Shown here: positions 20,007-30,114 of the stretch, piece after piece | Layout: each line of letters begins with the position of its first letter | Position numbering within the stretch: position 1 is the first letter of the stretch | DNA from: Nitrososphaeraceae archaeon | GTDB taxonomy: Archaea; Thermoproteota; Nitrososphaeria; Nitrososphaerales; Nitrososphaeraceae | Assembly: GCA_044870765.1 (NCBI GenBank) | Contig: JBIOZG010000035.1 | Coordinates: 1 to 64,000, forward strand | DNA: 64,000 nucleotides | Reading direction: 5' to 3' | Position numbers and translations under genes: made by a program | Notes under the pieces: generated by a model | What the model was told of the DNA's origin: nothing | Seen by the model: only the letters and a program-made list of their open reading frames with translations | Databases searched by the model: none

Positions 20007-20522
20007 ATGATCCATATTCATAAGATAATTGGCAACATACATTCCGATTCAGACCTGAATGACAAATACCAGGAAATGATCAAAACGGGACTTGTTGAGA
20101 AAATAGAAATCACCCGTTTAGAGTCTGACAGGGCCAGAATCAGAAAGATATCTGATAAGGGGACAGATTTAGCTCTTACATTGATTCCGGGATCCCATAT
20201 TAATAATGGTGACGTTGTCATGTTATCAGAAGAGAAAATGGTCATAGCTAATCGGACACCAGAAAATGTCGCTATGATATCTTTAAAGGGTCTTATGTCG
20301 CAAGATCAATTATTCGAAACGGCAATCAAGATTGGTCACACTATTGGTAACATGCACCGACCAATAAAAGTTGTAAGTGATAAAATATATTTTCCCATAC
20401 AGTCACAATCTGAAGTCGAACTATTTCAAACACTTCTCTCTAATTTGATAAATAATATAGTTATTAAAAGTGAGAACATAATTTTTGAACCTGAATCCGG
20501 TTATGATGTACATGAACATTGA
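20007..20522 (+). CDS. ureE: Urease accessory protein UreE
   Basis: GHTIGNMHRP Ni-binding motif, C-terminal FEPESG...HEH. Confidence 0.92.
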   Translation: MIHIHKIIGNIHSDSDLNDKYQEMIKTGLVEKIEITRLESDRARIRKISDKGTDLALTLIPGSHINNGDVVMLSEEKMVIANRTPENVAMISLKGLMSQDQLFETAIKIGHTIGNMHRPIKVVSDKIYFPIQSQSEVELFQTLLSNLINNIVIKSENIIFEPESGYDVHEH

Positions 20523-21210
20523 GATCGGTAATGAAGATGTAAGTTTATTACAAATGTCCGATTCATTTTTCCCAACAGGAATGTATGCAACATCGAGTGG
20601 ACTGGAGGCGCTATCGAAAATAAAGAAGTTAACTAAGAAAGACATCTTTTATTATATTTCTACATACATAAAACAGGTAGTAGGGCCAACTGATTGTACG
20701 GCTTTGGGTAATGCATACGAATCATGCATGAAAAAAGATCTTTCGACCCTACTTAATGTAGACGAATCATTATACTCTATGAGGTTAATAGAGGAGACAA
20801 GAAGTGCGTCTATTAGATCCGGTAATCAATTATTAAAATGTGTTAGCATTTTTGTTAAACACAAAAAAATGTTGAGGGATTATCAAAATGCTATCGGCAA
20901 TGGTAACGCAACAGGAATATACCCTGTTTCCTTTGGGGTAGTCAGCTGGTCTCTTGGCATTCCTAAGAACAAGGCTGGATTGATACTACTTTATGGATTC
21001 ACTGTGAGCGTTGTAGGAGCTGCTTTGAGATTGGGAATAATTCAACATTTTGATGGACAAAAAATAATTCATGAGCTAAGGCCGGTCATTTTGAAATCAG
21101 TCCTGGATAATATAGATAGACCGATTTCAAGTATGTGGCAATTTGCTCCTGGTCTTGATATTTTGCAAATGAAACACGAAGCCATGAGTTCAAAAATGTT
21201 TATTACATGA
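20512..21210 (+). CDS. ureF: Urease accessory protein UreF
   Basis: LLQMSDSFFPTGMYATSSGLE; C-terminal HEAMSSKMFIT; overlaps ureE. Confidence 0.95.
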   Translation: MNIEIGNEDVSLLQMSDSFFPTGMYATSSGLEALSKIKKLTKKDIFYYISTYIKQVVGPTDCTALGNAYESCMKKDLSTLLNVDESLYSMRLIEETRSASIRSGNQLLKCVSIFVKHKKMLRDYQNAIGNGNATGIYPVSFGVVSWSLGIPKNKAGLILLYGFTVSVVGAALRLGIIQHFDGQKIIHELRPVILKSVLDNIDRPISSMWQFAPGLDILQMKHEAMSSKMFIT

Positions 21211-21222
21211 AAAAAGACTAAG

Positions 21223-21888
21223 ATGCTTATGGCTCCATTGCGAATTCCTAGAGTTGGAATAGGGGGCCCTGTGGGTTCAGGTAAAACAATGTTGATTGAA
21301 CAGATTGTTCCAATACTTTCCGCAAATGGATATAAAGTAAGCATAATTTCTAACGACGTAATATCAAAAGAAGATGCAGAAAGGATGAGACAAAATCTTG
21401 CAACCGACAAAGGTCTTTTGCCTGAGGAGTTAGTAATCGGGGTTGCTACTGGCGGATGCCCTCATACCGCGGTCAGAGAAGATCCATCGATAAATCTTTC
21501 AGTAGTTGAAGAATTGGAATTAAAATACGACTTTCTTGATTTGATATTGATAGAAAGCGGCGGAGACAATATAACAACAACTTTTAGTCCCGCTCTTGCG
21601 GATTATTTCATTTACATAATAGATGTAACAGGCGGTGACAAGTATCCAAGAAAAAGAGGACTGGGAATCGAGAATTGTGATCTTTTGGTAATAAACAAGA
21701 TAGATATAGCTCCGTATGTGGGAGCAGATCTAAAGATAATGGAACGTGATGCAAAGATTGTTAGAAGAAGTAAGCCTACGGTTTTTGTCAACTCTAAAAC
21801 AGGTCAAGGTGTAGACGCAGTTGTATCTTTTATCATAAAAGACGTTCTATTTGACACTTTACCAAAGGCTAGTAAAAACATAAATTGA
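21223..21888 (+). CDS. ureG: Urease accessory GTPase UreG
   Basis: GGPVGSGKT, TGGCPH, ESGGDN, NKID. Confidence 0.97.
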   Translation: MLMAPLRIPRVGIGGPVGSGKTMLIEQIVPILSANGYKVSIISNDVISKEDAERMRQNLATDKGLLPEELVIGVATGGCPHTAVREDPSINLSVVEELELKYDFLDLILIESGGDNITTTFSPALADYFIYIIDVTGGDKYPRKRGLGIENCDLLVINKIDIAPYVGADLKIMERDAKIVRRSKPTVFVNSKTGQGVDAVVSFIIKDVLFDTLPKASKNIN

Positions 21889-21993
21889 CTGATATAATTA
21901 GCTTAATCAAACAATGTGGAAAGTATCCAGATGAATACAAGAATTGGAAACTGTATACATGCTTGGAAATTTAGTTTAGTAAGAGGACTTGGC

Positions 21994-22926
21994 TTGTCCG
22001 TCGATATATATACGCCCAGAAATATTCCACCGGAGATTAAGGCCTATTTCCCGGGATCCCAACATGAAGTTGGCAAGCCAGGAAAGGTCGGTATTTTGCG
22101 TTTAAAGCTTGAAAGGGATTCTGAAACAGGAAAAACTGTTATAAGAGAACAATATAGTCAAGTACCGCTCTTCACACAACGTGCGATGTATCTGGAAGAA
22201 AGTTTGCCTGCAATGGCTTATGTATATATCATATCGCCTTCTGGTGGGATACTGCAAGGAGACAGATATCGGATTGATATTACATTAGGTAATAAAACCT
22301 TAGCTCATGTTACCACACAAGGAGCGACCAGAATTTACAAGATGGAAAAAAATTATGCAAGCCAGATAGTTAATATCACGGTGGGGGAGGGAAGTTTTTT
22401 TGAATATATTCCAGATCAAATAATACCCTTTCGTAATTCCAGATTCTACCAACAAGTAGAACTGAATGTACACGATAATGCCACAATGATATATTCAGAA
22501 GTCATAGTTCCTGGTAGAGTAGCAAGTGGAGAAGCATTCGAATATGATATTTGTTACATAAAGACAGTAGTGAAGAATCATTTGGGTAGGCCCAGATTTA
22601 TGGACACGGTCAAGTTAGAGCCAAAGAATGAAAACCCAAAGACCGAAGGTATATTAGGGAATTTTAAAGTAGTTGGCACAACCTACATCGTTACCAAAGA
22701 ATCCTTCGTAAAAGATCTCCAATATGAGATCAGTGAACAGATAAAAAGTGTCGAGGGTAAGGGCAAGATATTGGGAGGCAATTCAGTTCTTCCAGCTAAA
22801 CAAGGAATAATAATTAGGATATTAGGTAATTCCGTTGAAGACGTGAAGAAAATCATATTCGATGTATTACGGATCGCAAGAAAACAGATTGTTGGTGCCT
22901 CATTCAGTGGAACTAGAAAAGCATGA
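21994..22926 (+). CDS. ureD: Urease accessory protein UreD
   Basis: SPSGGILQGD, TTQGATRIY, PDQIIPF, PGRVASGE; ORF open from 21916, TTG at 21994 is the likely start. Confidence 0.93.
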   Translation: MSVDIYTPRNIPPEIKAYFPGSQHEVGKPGKVGILRLKLERDSETGKTVIREQYSQVPLFTQRAMYLEESLPAMAYVYIISPSGGILQGDRYRIDITLGNKTLAHVTTQGATRIYKMEKNYASQIVNITVGEGSFFEYIPDQIIPFRNSRFYQQVELNVHDNATMIYSEVIVPGRVASGEAFEYDICYIKTVVKNHLGRPRFMDTVKLEPKNENPKTEGILGNFKVVGTTYIVTKESFVKDLQYEISEQIKSVEGKGKILGGNSVLPAKQGIIIRILGNSVEDVKKIIFDVLRIARKQIVGASFSGTRKA

Positions 22927-23308
22927 TCAATCTTTTTTTGTAAGTCAACTAATTTTCAAGGACCTGAACGCTTATTTTCCTTAAGAATTAGTTAGCTTCT
23001 CTATTATTCTTAGACATAGATATACATACAAAAATCTAGTATTGTCCATCCGTTACATCTATTGATTTGTAACTGAATGGCTCGATGAATTATTGTCGAA
23101 GTTTTATTAATATAATTAAAAAAAAGATGGGAAACAGGAACAATCTTGTATAACAAAAATCCATAAAATTATCTATAAAATTCAGATATTATCATCTAGA
23201 ACAAGACATAGACAGAATATTTTATGTGAGCGAATTATTGGTAATTTTCTCACTAATATTGTAAAGAACCACTTAAAATGATAATTAATCAAAACTAATT
23301 AGATTAGG

Positions 23309-24898
23309 TTGATTCAAATTCAAAATACTCATGCAAAATTATTCTTCTCGGTATTTTCATTATTGTTACTTGTAATAGTAACAGTAACTTATACACCAGC
23401 GTCCTCCCAAAAAGTACTTGCTGCGTCTGGCACAACCATGGCTGCAGCCGGAGATTGGGGCTGTTCAGACAACACTGAAAAAACGGTGCAGAATGTAAGG
23501 AACTTAAATCCTAAATTATTATTGGCTCTGGGAGATTTCTCATATGATAAAACTTCGACTTGTTGGTTGAGTGTTATGAAGCCTATAGAATCGATTACGA
23601 AAATAAGTATCGGGAATCATGAGGATAGCGATATCCTGCTAAATTCATACCTTAATCAATTTAGACTTTCAAAACAATACTATTCCTTTGATACTAATAA
23701 TGTACATGTATTAATAATGTCAACGGAAGAAGAATTTGAACCAAACTCAGACCAATACAATTTTGCAGTAAATGATCTTAGGAATGCAGCGAATAACCCA
23801 GACATCAAATGGATAATAGTAAACATGCATAATCCTTTTTACTCCTCTCCAAACGAATGTGAGGCTTCGGGTTGCGAAGGGGATAAAGATTTTAGAGAAT
23901 CATTTCATCCTCTGTTTGATAAATATGGGGTGGACCTAGTTCTAGAAGGCCACGTCCATAACTATCAAAGAAGCTTTCCTTTAGCATTCAATCAACAGAA
24001 ATCTGGAGAACCAATAGTAACAAGTGCTAGCAAAACAGATTATAACAATCCCAGCGGTGCAATTTTCGCAATAGTTGGAACTGGTGGAGTAAACCTACAT
24101 GGGCTTTCTGATAAAGCTCCATTCATGGCATTTCAACAGGATTCCAAATTTGGCGTCTTATATATGCATTTTTCTAACGATAAAATAGATGCTAAATTCG
24201 TTACCAATGAGGGTGAAACATTAGATCATTTTAGTATATCCAAGACAGCAAAGAAGAAAATAATTGAACGTATTAGTGATAATATAGTTACTGACTCTAA
24301 TGTCAAAGTAGTGTCTGATGAAAAGAAAAGTAAAGCCAAACCGGTAATAGAAACGGATCAGAACGGAAAACCGACTATTACATTCAAAGATGAAAATGCA
24401 GTTACAGATAAAACAAAAACAATGACAGATGAAAAAGTACAAGAGGACAAACCAGCTGTTACATTCAAAGATGAAAATGCAGCTGCACTTGCAGATAAAA
24501 CGGAGCCTGAGACAGATGAGCTAAAAGTACAAGAGGACAAACCAGTCATTACAACAAAACTTAGTAATGATCTACCAAAAGACGACAAATCTATGCTGGT
24601 ATCAAAAGAAAAAATAGAACAAGCTGACAGCAATAACAACAAACCAGCCATTACAACAAAGCCTAGTAATGATCCACCCACAGATGACAAACCAATATCT
24701 CAAAATAGCAAAGATAAATCAGAATCTTCTGATCAGGGTAAAGCCACCAATGACGAACCACCTGTTGGAGGATTTGATCAACAATTAGGGTTAGGGAATA
24801 CTGATCAATCGGACAATAATGAATTTGTGGACCCCGATACTGACACAGGAACGAACATTAATACCAATGAGAAGGATCCGTTCGCCCCCCTGAAATAG
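23309..24898 (+). CDS. Secreted purple-acid-phosphatase-like metallophosphoesterase with repetitive acidic C-terminal tail
   Basis: Signal peptide; GDWG, GDFSY, GNHE, MHNP and GHVHNYQR motifs. Confidence 0.9.
   Translation: MIQIQNTHAKLFFSVFSLLLLVIVTVTYTPASSQKVLAASGTTMAAAGDWGCSDNTEKTVQNVRNLNPKLLLALGDFSYDKTSTCWLSVMKPIESITKISIGNHEDSDILLNSYLNQFRLSKQYYSFDTNNVHVLIMSTEEEFEPNSDQYNFAVNDLRNAANNPDIKWIIVNMHNPFYSSPNECEASGCEGDKDFRESFHPLFDKYGVDLVLEGHVHNYQRSFPLAFNQQKSGEPIVTSASKTDYNNPSGAIFAIVGTGGVNLHGLSDKAPFMAFQQDSKFGVLYMHFSNDKIDAKFVTNEGETLDHFSISKTAKKKIIERISDNIVTDSNVKVVSDEKKSKAKPVIETDQNGKPTITFKDENAVTDKTKTMTDEKVQEDKPAVTFKDENAAALADKTEPETDELKVQEDKPVITTKLSNDLPKDDKSMLVSKEKIEQADSNNNKPAITTKPSNDPPTDDKPISQNSKDKSESSDQGKATNDEPPVGGFDQQLGLGNTDQSDNNEFVDPDTDTGTNINTNEKDPFAPLK
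24370..24690 (+). repeat. Imperfect coding direct repeats (TFKDENA x2, KVQEDKP x2, ITTKxSND x2)
   Basis: Repeated DNA blocks ttacattcaaagatgaaaatgcag and aaagtacaagaggacaaaccag. Confidence 0.85.
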
Positions 24899-25065
24899 AC
24901 AGTGATAAGAAAGAAAAAAAGTCTTTGAATTTTTTTACTTTTAATCTATTTTTTTTCTCTAATAGCCAATGTCAAACCAGCTAATGAAGCAATATGTATA
25001 GTTGGAAGTAGGTATTAATTCAAAAAAAAGTTTAAAAATTCAGTTACTGCCAAGAATATCAAAGC

Positions 25066-25569
25066 TCAGACTATAAAAGATCTCAACATCCATGCCATTT
25101 TTTCATGTTGTTCCATTTTATCTGTTAGAAAGTTAGCTGTTCCCTCGTCATTTAATTCTTGACATTCCTTGATGTTTTTCCTAAGTGTCTTTATTATAGT
25201 TTCATGGTCAGACAAAAGATTCGATAGCATTGTATCTGCATTGGGGAATGAACCTATGTCCTCTTGTATTTGAGAAGAATTGATGAATTCTTTTAATGTA
25301 GCTCTTGTCTTGCTTCCCAAAGCCCTTACTCTTTCGGCGATTTCATCGATAGATGCATCTATAAGTTCATATTGTTCTTCAAAAAATTTGTGTAAATCAT
25401 TGAATCTTGGGTCCTCAACATTCCAATGGTAATCCCTCGTTTTTGTCAAAAGTACGTACTCATCTGCCAAATCATCATTCAGGATATTGGCAATCTTTTG
25501 TAAATTCTCACGGGAAATTCCTGTGTCTATATCTATAATATTGACTGTCTTTGATTTGGACTTGTTCAT
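25066..25569 (-). CDS. dps: Dps/ferritin-like DNA-protection protein
   Basis: YHWNV...LHKFFEEQY...DEIAERVRALG...HEKMAWML. Confidence 0.95.
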   Translation of the reverse strand: MNKSKSKTVNIIDIDTGISRENLQKIANILNDDLADEYVLLTKTRDYHWNVEDPRFNDLHKFFEEQYELIDASIDEIAERVRALGSKTRATLKEFINSSQIQEDIGSFPNADTMLSNLLSDHETIIKTLRKNIKECQELNDEGTANFLTDKMEQHEKMAWMLRSFIV

Positions 25570-25601
25570 GTCATTAATTGGTTTACAAAGTATAAATCGG
25601 T

Positions 25602-25640
25602 TAAATGGGTTTGACCGACCGTCCGACCGTCAACCATTTA
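25602..25640. promoter_or_regulatory. Symmetric inverted repeat between divergent promoters
   Basis: TAAATGG(GT)TTGAC-cgaccgtccgacc-GTCAACCATTTA. Confidence 0.55.
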
Positions 25641-25671
25641 TTAAAGTCAATATACACGATCTGACATATCT

Positions 25672-26010
25672 ATGGCATTTGAAAACCTTGATGCTGCTTC
25701 AATTATTCGTTTCCTTGTCGGACTACTAATTTCTACTGTTGTAATTTACGTAGTTACGTTTTTTATGAGACGAAGAAGCCTGAAATTAGCTTTTTTTGCC
25801 GCGATTATAGGTTCAATAGTGTACTATATTTCCTATATTGTACTCGGATATGGTTTTCTTTCGGCGGCCCTGGGAGGAATAGCCTGGCTATTGGCTTTAA
25901 AAGCAATCTATCGAATGGGATGGCTAAAAGCATTGATAGTTGCGGTTGCCATTTGGATCATAACTACTTTTGTAGGCGAGTGGCTCCCTACAGCGCTAGG
26001 GCCTCTATAA
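25672..26010 (+). CDS. Small 4-TM membrane protein
   Basis: Hydrophobic ORF, C-terminal LPTALGPL. Confidence 0.75.
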   Translation: MAFENLDAASIIRFLVGLLISTVVIYVVTFFMRRRSLKLAFFAAIIGSIVYYISYIVLGYGFLSAALGGIAWLLALKAIYRMGWLKALIVAVAIWIITTFVGEWLPTALGPL

Positions 26011-26078
26011 TAAGAATGCCTTTTATTGCAATATAAATTATAGAATTGTTATTTCTTCTTTTGAGGCACTAATTTCCA

Positions 26079-27242
26079 TTATTTTTTTATTTCCTTTTCA
26101 ATTGTAAATTGGTCTCTTATTTCGTTACCCTTGTTGTCATAAAATGTTCCTGTTAATTTTGTATGCGGATTCCCATTACTAAAGTCTATATTTAGAAATC
26201 CAAATCTGTCAAATTGAGTGGCGGTGTAAGATGCTTGCCCATCTAAAGGATAGAAACCTTCTCCACCCGTGCCTATTATTGCAAAAACTATGCCATCTGT
26301 TTGACTGTTATAACCCGTAGAAAATTGATTGTTTACTGTTGGTTTAGAACTATCTCCGGTGTTAAATGATATTGGAAACGTTCTCTGATAGTTGTGATTA
26401 TGTGCCTGCAAGACTAAATCAACATCATATTTTTCGAACAGTGGATGATATATATCCCTTAGATCCTTTTCCGCTGTATGTTTAGATGGGGAAGTGTAAA
26501 ACGGTCCATAACTGGTTACTATCACCCAATTAACGTCTTTGTTTTTTGATGTCTCTTCAAGATCCCGCACTACAAATTTATATTGCTCAGAACCTTTTTC
26601 AAATTTCGATTCTGAAGCCATTACTATAAAATGTACTTTTCCATAGTCGAATGAATAGTACGGTTTATTTAACTCAAAGCTTTTATAATATTGATCTATT
26701 TTTGCTTGTCCATCATTGACATCATGGTACCCTAATGTTGTGAATATTTTATTTTTAAGTGGTGACATCAGATCAAACCAACAGTTGGCACTTTTTTGAT
26801 ATGAAAGGTCTCCTAATGGTAATACCAACTCAGGTTCATTTTTCTGAATATTTTCAACTGTTTTTTCAGCGTTACTTGAACATCCAAAATCTCCAACCGC
26901 AGCTAAATTAAAGCTTTTACTAACGTTATCACCGTCAATATCAAAAGCAAATCCCTTGTAAATGTCTGTTTCGACCTGTATCTTATTTTGTTCATCTTTT
27001 GGTTCATCTTTTGGTTCATCTTTTGGTTCATGTTTTTGCTGATCATCTCCTGAATCATTATTCTTATTTTTTCCGTGTCCTTTCCCGGGATTATCTTTTC
27101 CTGGCTTTGCCAGGACGCCACCTTCATGATACATAATGAAATTTGAGGAGATGACTAGAAATATTCCTGACAAAACAATTAAAATTGCTATGGTCCTAAA
27201 TAAAAAAAGCAAACAAATTCTGGATTCGAATTCACTAGCCAT
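26079..27242 (-). CDS. Secreted metallophosphoesterase paralog with altered metal ligands
   Basis: GDFG, GDLSY, GYHD (instead of GNHE/D), AHNHNYQR. Confidence 0.88.
   Translation of the reverse strand: MASEFESRICLLFLFRTIAILIVLSGIFLVISSNFIMYHEGGVLAKPGKDNPGKGHGKNKNNDSGDDQQKHEPKDEPKDEPKDEQNKIQVETDIYKGFAFDIDGDNVSKSFNLAAVGDFGCSSNAEKTVENIQKNEPELVLPLGDLSYQKSANCWFDLMSPLKNKIFTTLGYHDVNDGQAKIDQYYKSFELNKPYYSFDYGKVHFIVMASESKFEKGSEQYKFVVRDLEETSKNKDVNWVIVTSYGPFYTSPSKHTAEKDLRDIYHPLFEKYDVDLVLQAHNHNYQRTFPISFNTGDSSKPTVNNQFSTGYNSQTDGIVFAIIGTGGEGFYPLDGQASYTATQFDRFGFLNIDFSNGNPHTKLTGTFYDNKGNEIRDQFTIEKEIKK
26991..27031. repeat. 12-bp tandem repeat (EPKD coding), about 3.4 copies
   Basis: ttcatcttttgg x3 plus a partial copy. 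Confidence 0.9.
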
Positions 27243-27417
27243 ATATAAAAGAATTTTGTAATTCCTTTCCGTTGAATAAGGATTACGCTAACGTCCAATT
27301 CATTTCGATGTTCTTAATAACCAGTATTTTTCAATTTTAAGTCACAAAGGTTATACCTGTATAAGAAATGTATATATATTGTAATATACATTACATAATG
27401 TAAGGTGAAAAGTTAGA

Positions 27418-27951
27418 TTGTGGAAAGATCCGTGGGGATTTAGAGATAGATTTTTTGAACAGATAGACAGGGAATTTTCAGAAGCTGAAGACATGCTGAA
27501 CAGAGTCTTTAGAACCGTAAGAGAATCTGGTGATACATCGTCAGAGACGTTACCATACTACTATGGATACCAAATTACAGTAGGACCGGAGGGAAAGCCT
27601 CACGTAAGAGAATTTGGGAATGTAAGACCTTCAGCCAAAGGATTGGTAGAACAAAGTACCGCCCGCCAGCCACTTGTAGATACGTCAATCAACGAAAAAG
27701 AGAATACAATGATAATTACAGCGGAGATGCCTGGAATAACAAAAGAAGATGTAAAGGTAATAATGGACGAAGGATTGGTAACGATACACGCTGAAAAAGG
27801 CAACAAGAAATATCATACACAGCTTCCAGTAAATAAACAATTAGACTCTGACTCTACAAAGGCAAGTTACATCAACGGGATACTAGAATTAAGGATACAG
27901 CTCAAAAAACCTATAATATCAAATTCCAAAGAAATAAAAATTGATGACTAG
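27418..27951 (+). CDS. hsp20: Archaeal small heat shock protein Hsp20
   Basis: YYYGYQITVGPEGKPHVREFGN, AEMPG, ASYINGILE; AAGGTGA SD upstream. Confidence 0.95.
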   Translation: MWKDPWGFRDRFFEQIDREFSEAEDMLNRVFRTVRESGDTSSETLPYYYGYQITVGPEGKPHVREFGNVRPSAKGLVEQSTARQPLVDTSINEKENTMIITAEMPGITKEDVKVIMDEGLVTIHAEKGNKKYHTQLPVNKQLDSDSTKASYINGILELRIQLKKPIISNSKEIKIDD

Positions 27952-28005
27952 TTGAACTAGTTAACTAAATTATTTTTTTTATTTCATGTTATGAGGGGAT
28001 TTTAA

Positions 28006-28326
28006 ATGGTATTATTCAAGAGTAACGATTTATCTCAGGTTGAAGAGGACAATTCCAACTCAAAACTACTGGGAGGTTCACTTTATGATACGAAACTTGC
28101 AGTTTCTAAGGACCATAACTCTTTAGCCCCAAGCCTGCTTAAGACTGATGGAAGAAAAGTTCAGACAAAACGGATACCTAGCAGGATTGATTACAAATTT
28201 TACAATTATTGCTCTACGTGCGAGCTGAAATATCCAAAACTAGTCTTACGTTGTAAGGAGTGCAAACAGAAAGTTAGAACAAGACCATGGCATCGGTCGA
28301 AGATTGTCGACCGCAGGAGAATTTAA
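28006..28326 (+). CDS. Hypothetical protein with C-terminal zinc ribbon
   Basis: YCSTC...RCKECKQKVRTRP. Confidence 0.7.
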   Translation: MVLFKSNDLSQVEEDNSNSKLLGGSLYDTKLAVSKDHNSLAPSLLKTDGRKVQTKRIPSRIDYKFYNYCSTCELKYPKLVLRCKECKQKVRTRPWHRSKIVDRRRI

Positions 28327-28351
28327 TATATATGCAAGTTCTGTAGAAACA

Positions 28352-28747
28352 ATGAAGAAACATATTAGAGTCATTTTTCAGGATGTTGAGGGAGAGATTT
28401 TAGTAGAACTGGATGATTCGCATTCTCCAAAAACCGTTCAGAAAATAATTAAAAATCTACCTATTGAAGTTAGCATCCATAGATGGGGTGATGAGCTATA
28501 TACAGAAAAGACTCAAATTGCAGAAGAACCCGAAAATGCTAAAATAAAAGTAAATTTATTCGATGTTGCATATTGGCCGGAAGGAGGAGCCTTATGTCTC
28601 TTTTTTGGACCCACACCGATTAGTAAGTCCGGAGAAATACTCGCCTATTCTCCTGTAAATATAGTGGGAAAAATTATAGGGCATAGTACCGAAGAAGAGA
28701 ATTTTTTGAATAAAATCAGCGATGGTGCTAGAGTCGTCTTCAAGTGA
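28352..28747 (+). CDS. Cyclophilin-like fold protein (DUF369/TM1367-like)
   Basis: RWGDELY...VAYWPEGGALCLFFGPTP...SPVNIVGK; ATG at 28352 preferred. Confidence 0.88.
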   Translation: MKKHIRVIFQDVEGEILVELDDSHSPKTVQKIIKNLPIEVSIHRWGDELYTEKTQIAEEPENAKIKVNLFDVAYWPEGGALCLFFGPTPISKSGEILAYSPVNIVGKIIGHSTEEENFLNKISDGARVVFK

Positions 28748-28830
28748 AGAGAAACTATTTGATATATCTCATACTTCTTAGTTTTAACGACGAATAATTC
28801 TAATCTAAAGGAACGCCAAAAACGTCTTTA

Positions 28831-29796
28831 TTATTCTAGATGTAATATCTGAAGTCTGGAATTCCTTGTATCAGTGATGTAAATATCGCCTTGATTATTG
28901 ACAGCAATATCCTCTGGCTTGTGTAGTTGTTGAGGACCATTGCCATCAGATCCCCAATTGGATAAATAGTTGCCTATGTTGTCATACATTAGGACTCGAG
29001 ATTTTATTTTATCAACGACATACACATGATTATTGTTATCAATCGCGATGCCCGGAACTGTTTCAGATAATTGGCCTGCTCCAATTCCCGAAGACCCCCA
29101 TTGTCTTACAAATGAATCTTTATAATCAAAAACCTGAATTCTATAATTCTTCATATCAGTTACGTAAAAATTATCTTTAGCATCGATTGCAATTCCATGG
29201 GGGCCATTAAATTTTCCAGGATCCGTTCCTGCTGATCCAATGGTTCCTATAAAAGTACCATTATCATAATACTTTAAAATCTGGTTACCATTTGGATCTG
29301 TCAAGTAGACATTCCCTACAGAATTTACCGCTATTTGATGCGGCGCTCTCATCGAGTCGCGACCACCTGTCCCGTTATATCCCCATTTTGTGATAAAGCT
29401 CCCACTAGTATCAAATTTTTGAACTCGATGATTTTTGAGCTCAACAGAATATACGAACTTCCCTTCAGGATCTACCGCAAGATCATGCAAACCCGAAAAT
29501 TGTCCGTCATTACTTCCTACAGAACCCCAACTCAAAATAAATGTACCATTTGGAGAAAATTTTTGAATTCGTTTATTGCCTGTGTCATCTACGTAAATGT
29601 TACCAAAATTGTCAACTGCTAGACTATGCGGATTAGTAAACTGTCCTTGTTCAATGCCCTTCGTTCCTAATTGTTTTGTATATTTGAGATCAGCTTCCTG
29701 AGAATAAACAATAGCACAGCAAAAAGAATTTTGATATACTAGAGCAAACAATCCAACAATGAGCAAATAAGTTACAAATTGTTTTACTCTAAACAT
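28831..29796 (-). CDS. Secreted NHL-repeat six-bladed beta-propeller
   Basis: Repeated GQFxxPHxIAVD-xGN-YVxD-xN-RIQ units; signal peptide. Confidence 0.92.
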   Translation of the reverse strand: MFRVKQFVTYLLIVGLFALVYQNSFCCAIVYSQEADLKYTKQLGTKGIEQGQFTNPHSLAVDNFGNIYVDDTGNKRIQKFSPNGTFILSWGSVGSNDGQFSGLHDLAVDPEGKFVYSVELKNHRVQKFDTSGSFITKWGYNGTGGRDSMRAPHQIAVNSVGNVYLTDPNGNQILKYYDNGTFIGTIGSAGTDPGKFNGPHGIAIDAKDNFYVTDMKNYRIQVFDYKDSFVRQWGSSGIGAGQLSETVPGIAIDNNNHVYVVDKIKSRVLMYDNIGNYLSNWGSDGNGPQQLHKPEDIAVNNQGDIYITDTRNSRLQILHLE

Positions 29797-29892
29797 TTAA
29801 ACAAAGATTGTATTGTGTTACTTTAAAATAAATGTTGTATGTAGAGCAGAGATTTTCTTATTCATTCGAAATTTTTTAGTTTCTATTCGTAA

Positions 29893-30114
29893 TCATAGTT
29901 TAACAAATTGATTGGATGATGTATACAGTGGTAAATGACATTCTTCGCACTGATAGTACAGAAAATCAAAACCAGAGAATAAAGTCATAACATCATGGCA
30001 TCTTGGACATTCTATTTCATTATCAAGATTATCTGTAATTGATATATCCTGTGTATTTTGTTCAAATAGATGATATTGCATCAACGTTGAACTTGATTCG
30101 GCCATCGTGGTCAC
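29893..30114 (-). CDS. Small zinc-ribbon protein
   Basis: IECPRCHD...YQCEECH. Confidence 0.7.
   Translation of the reverse strand: MTTMAESSSTLMQYHLFEQNTQDISITDNLDNEIECPRCHDVMTLFSGFDFLYYQCEECHLPLYTSSNQFVKL

Noticed and set aside
24370-24690. Interspaced direct repeats resembling a guide-RNA array
   Set aside because: In frame within the phosphoesterase C-terminal tail and explained as peptide repeats
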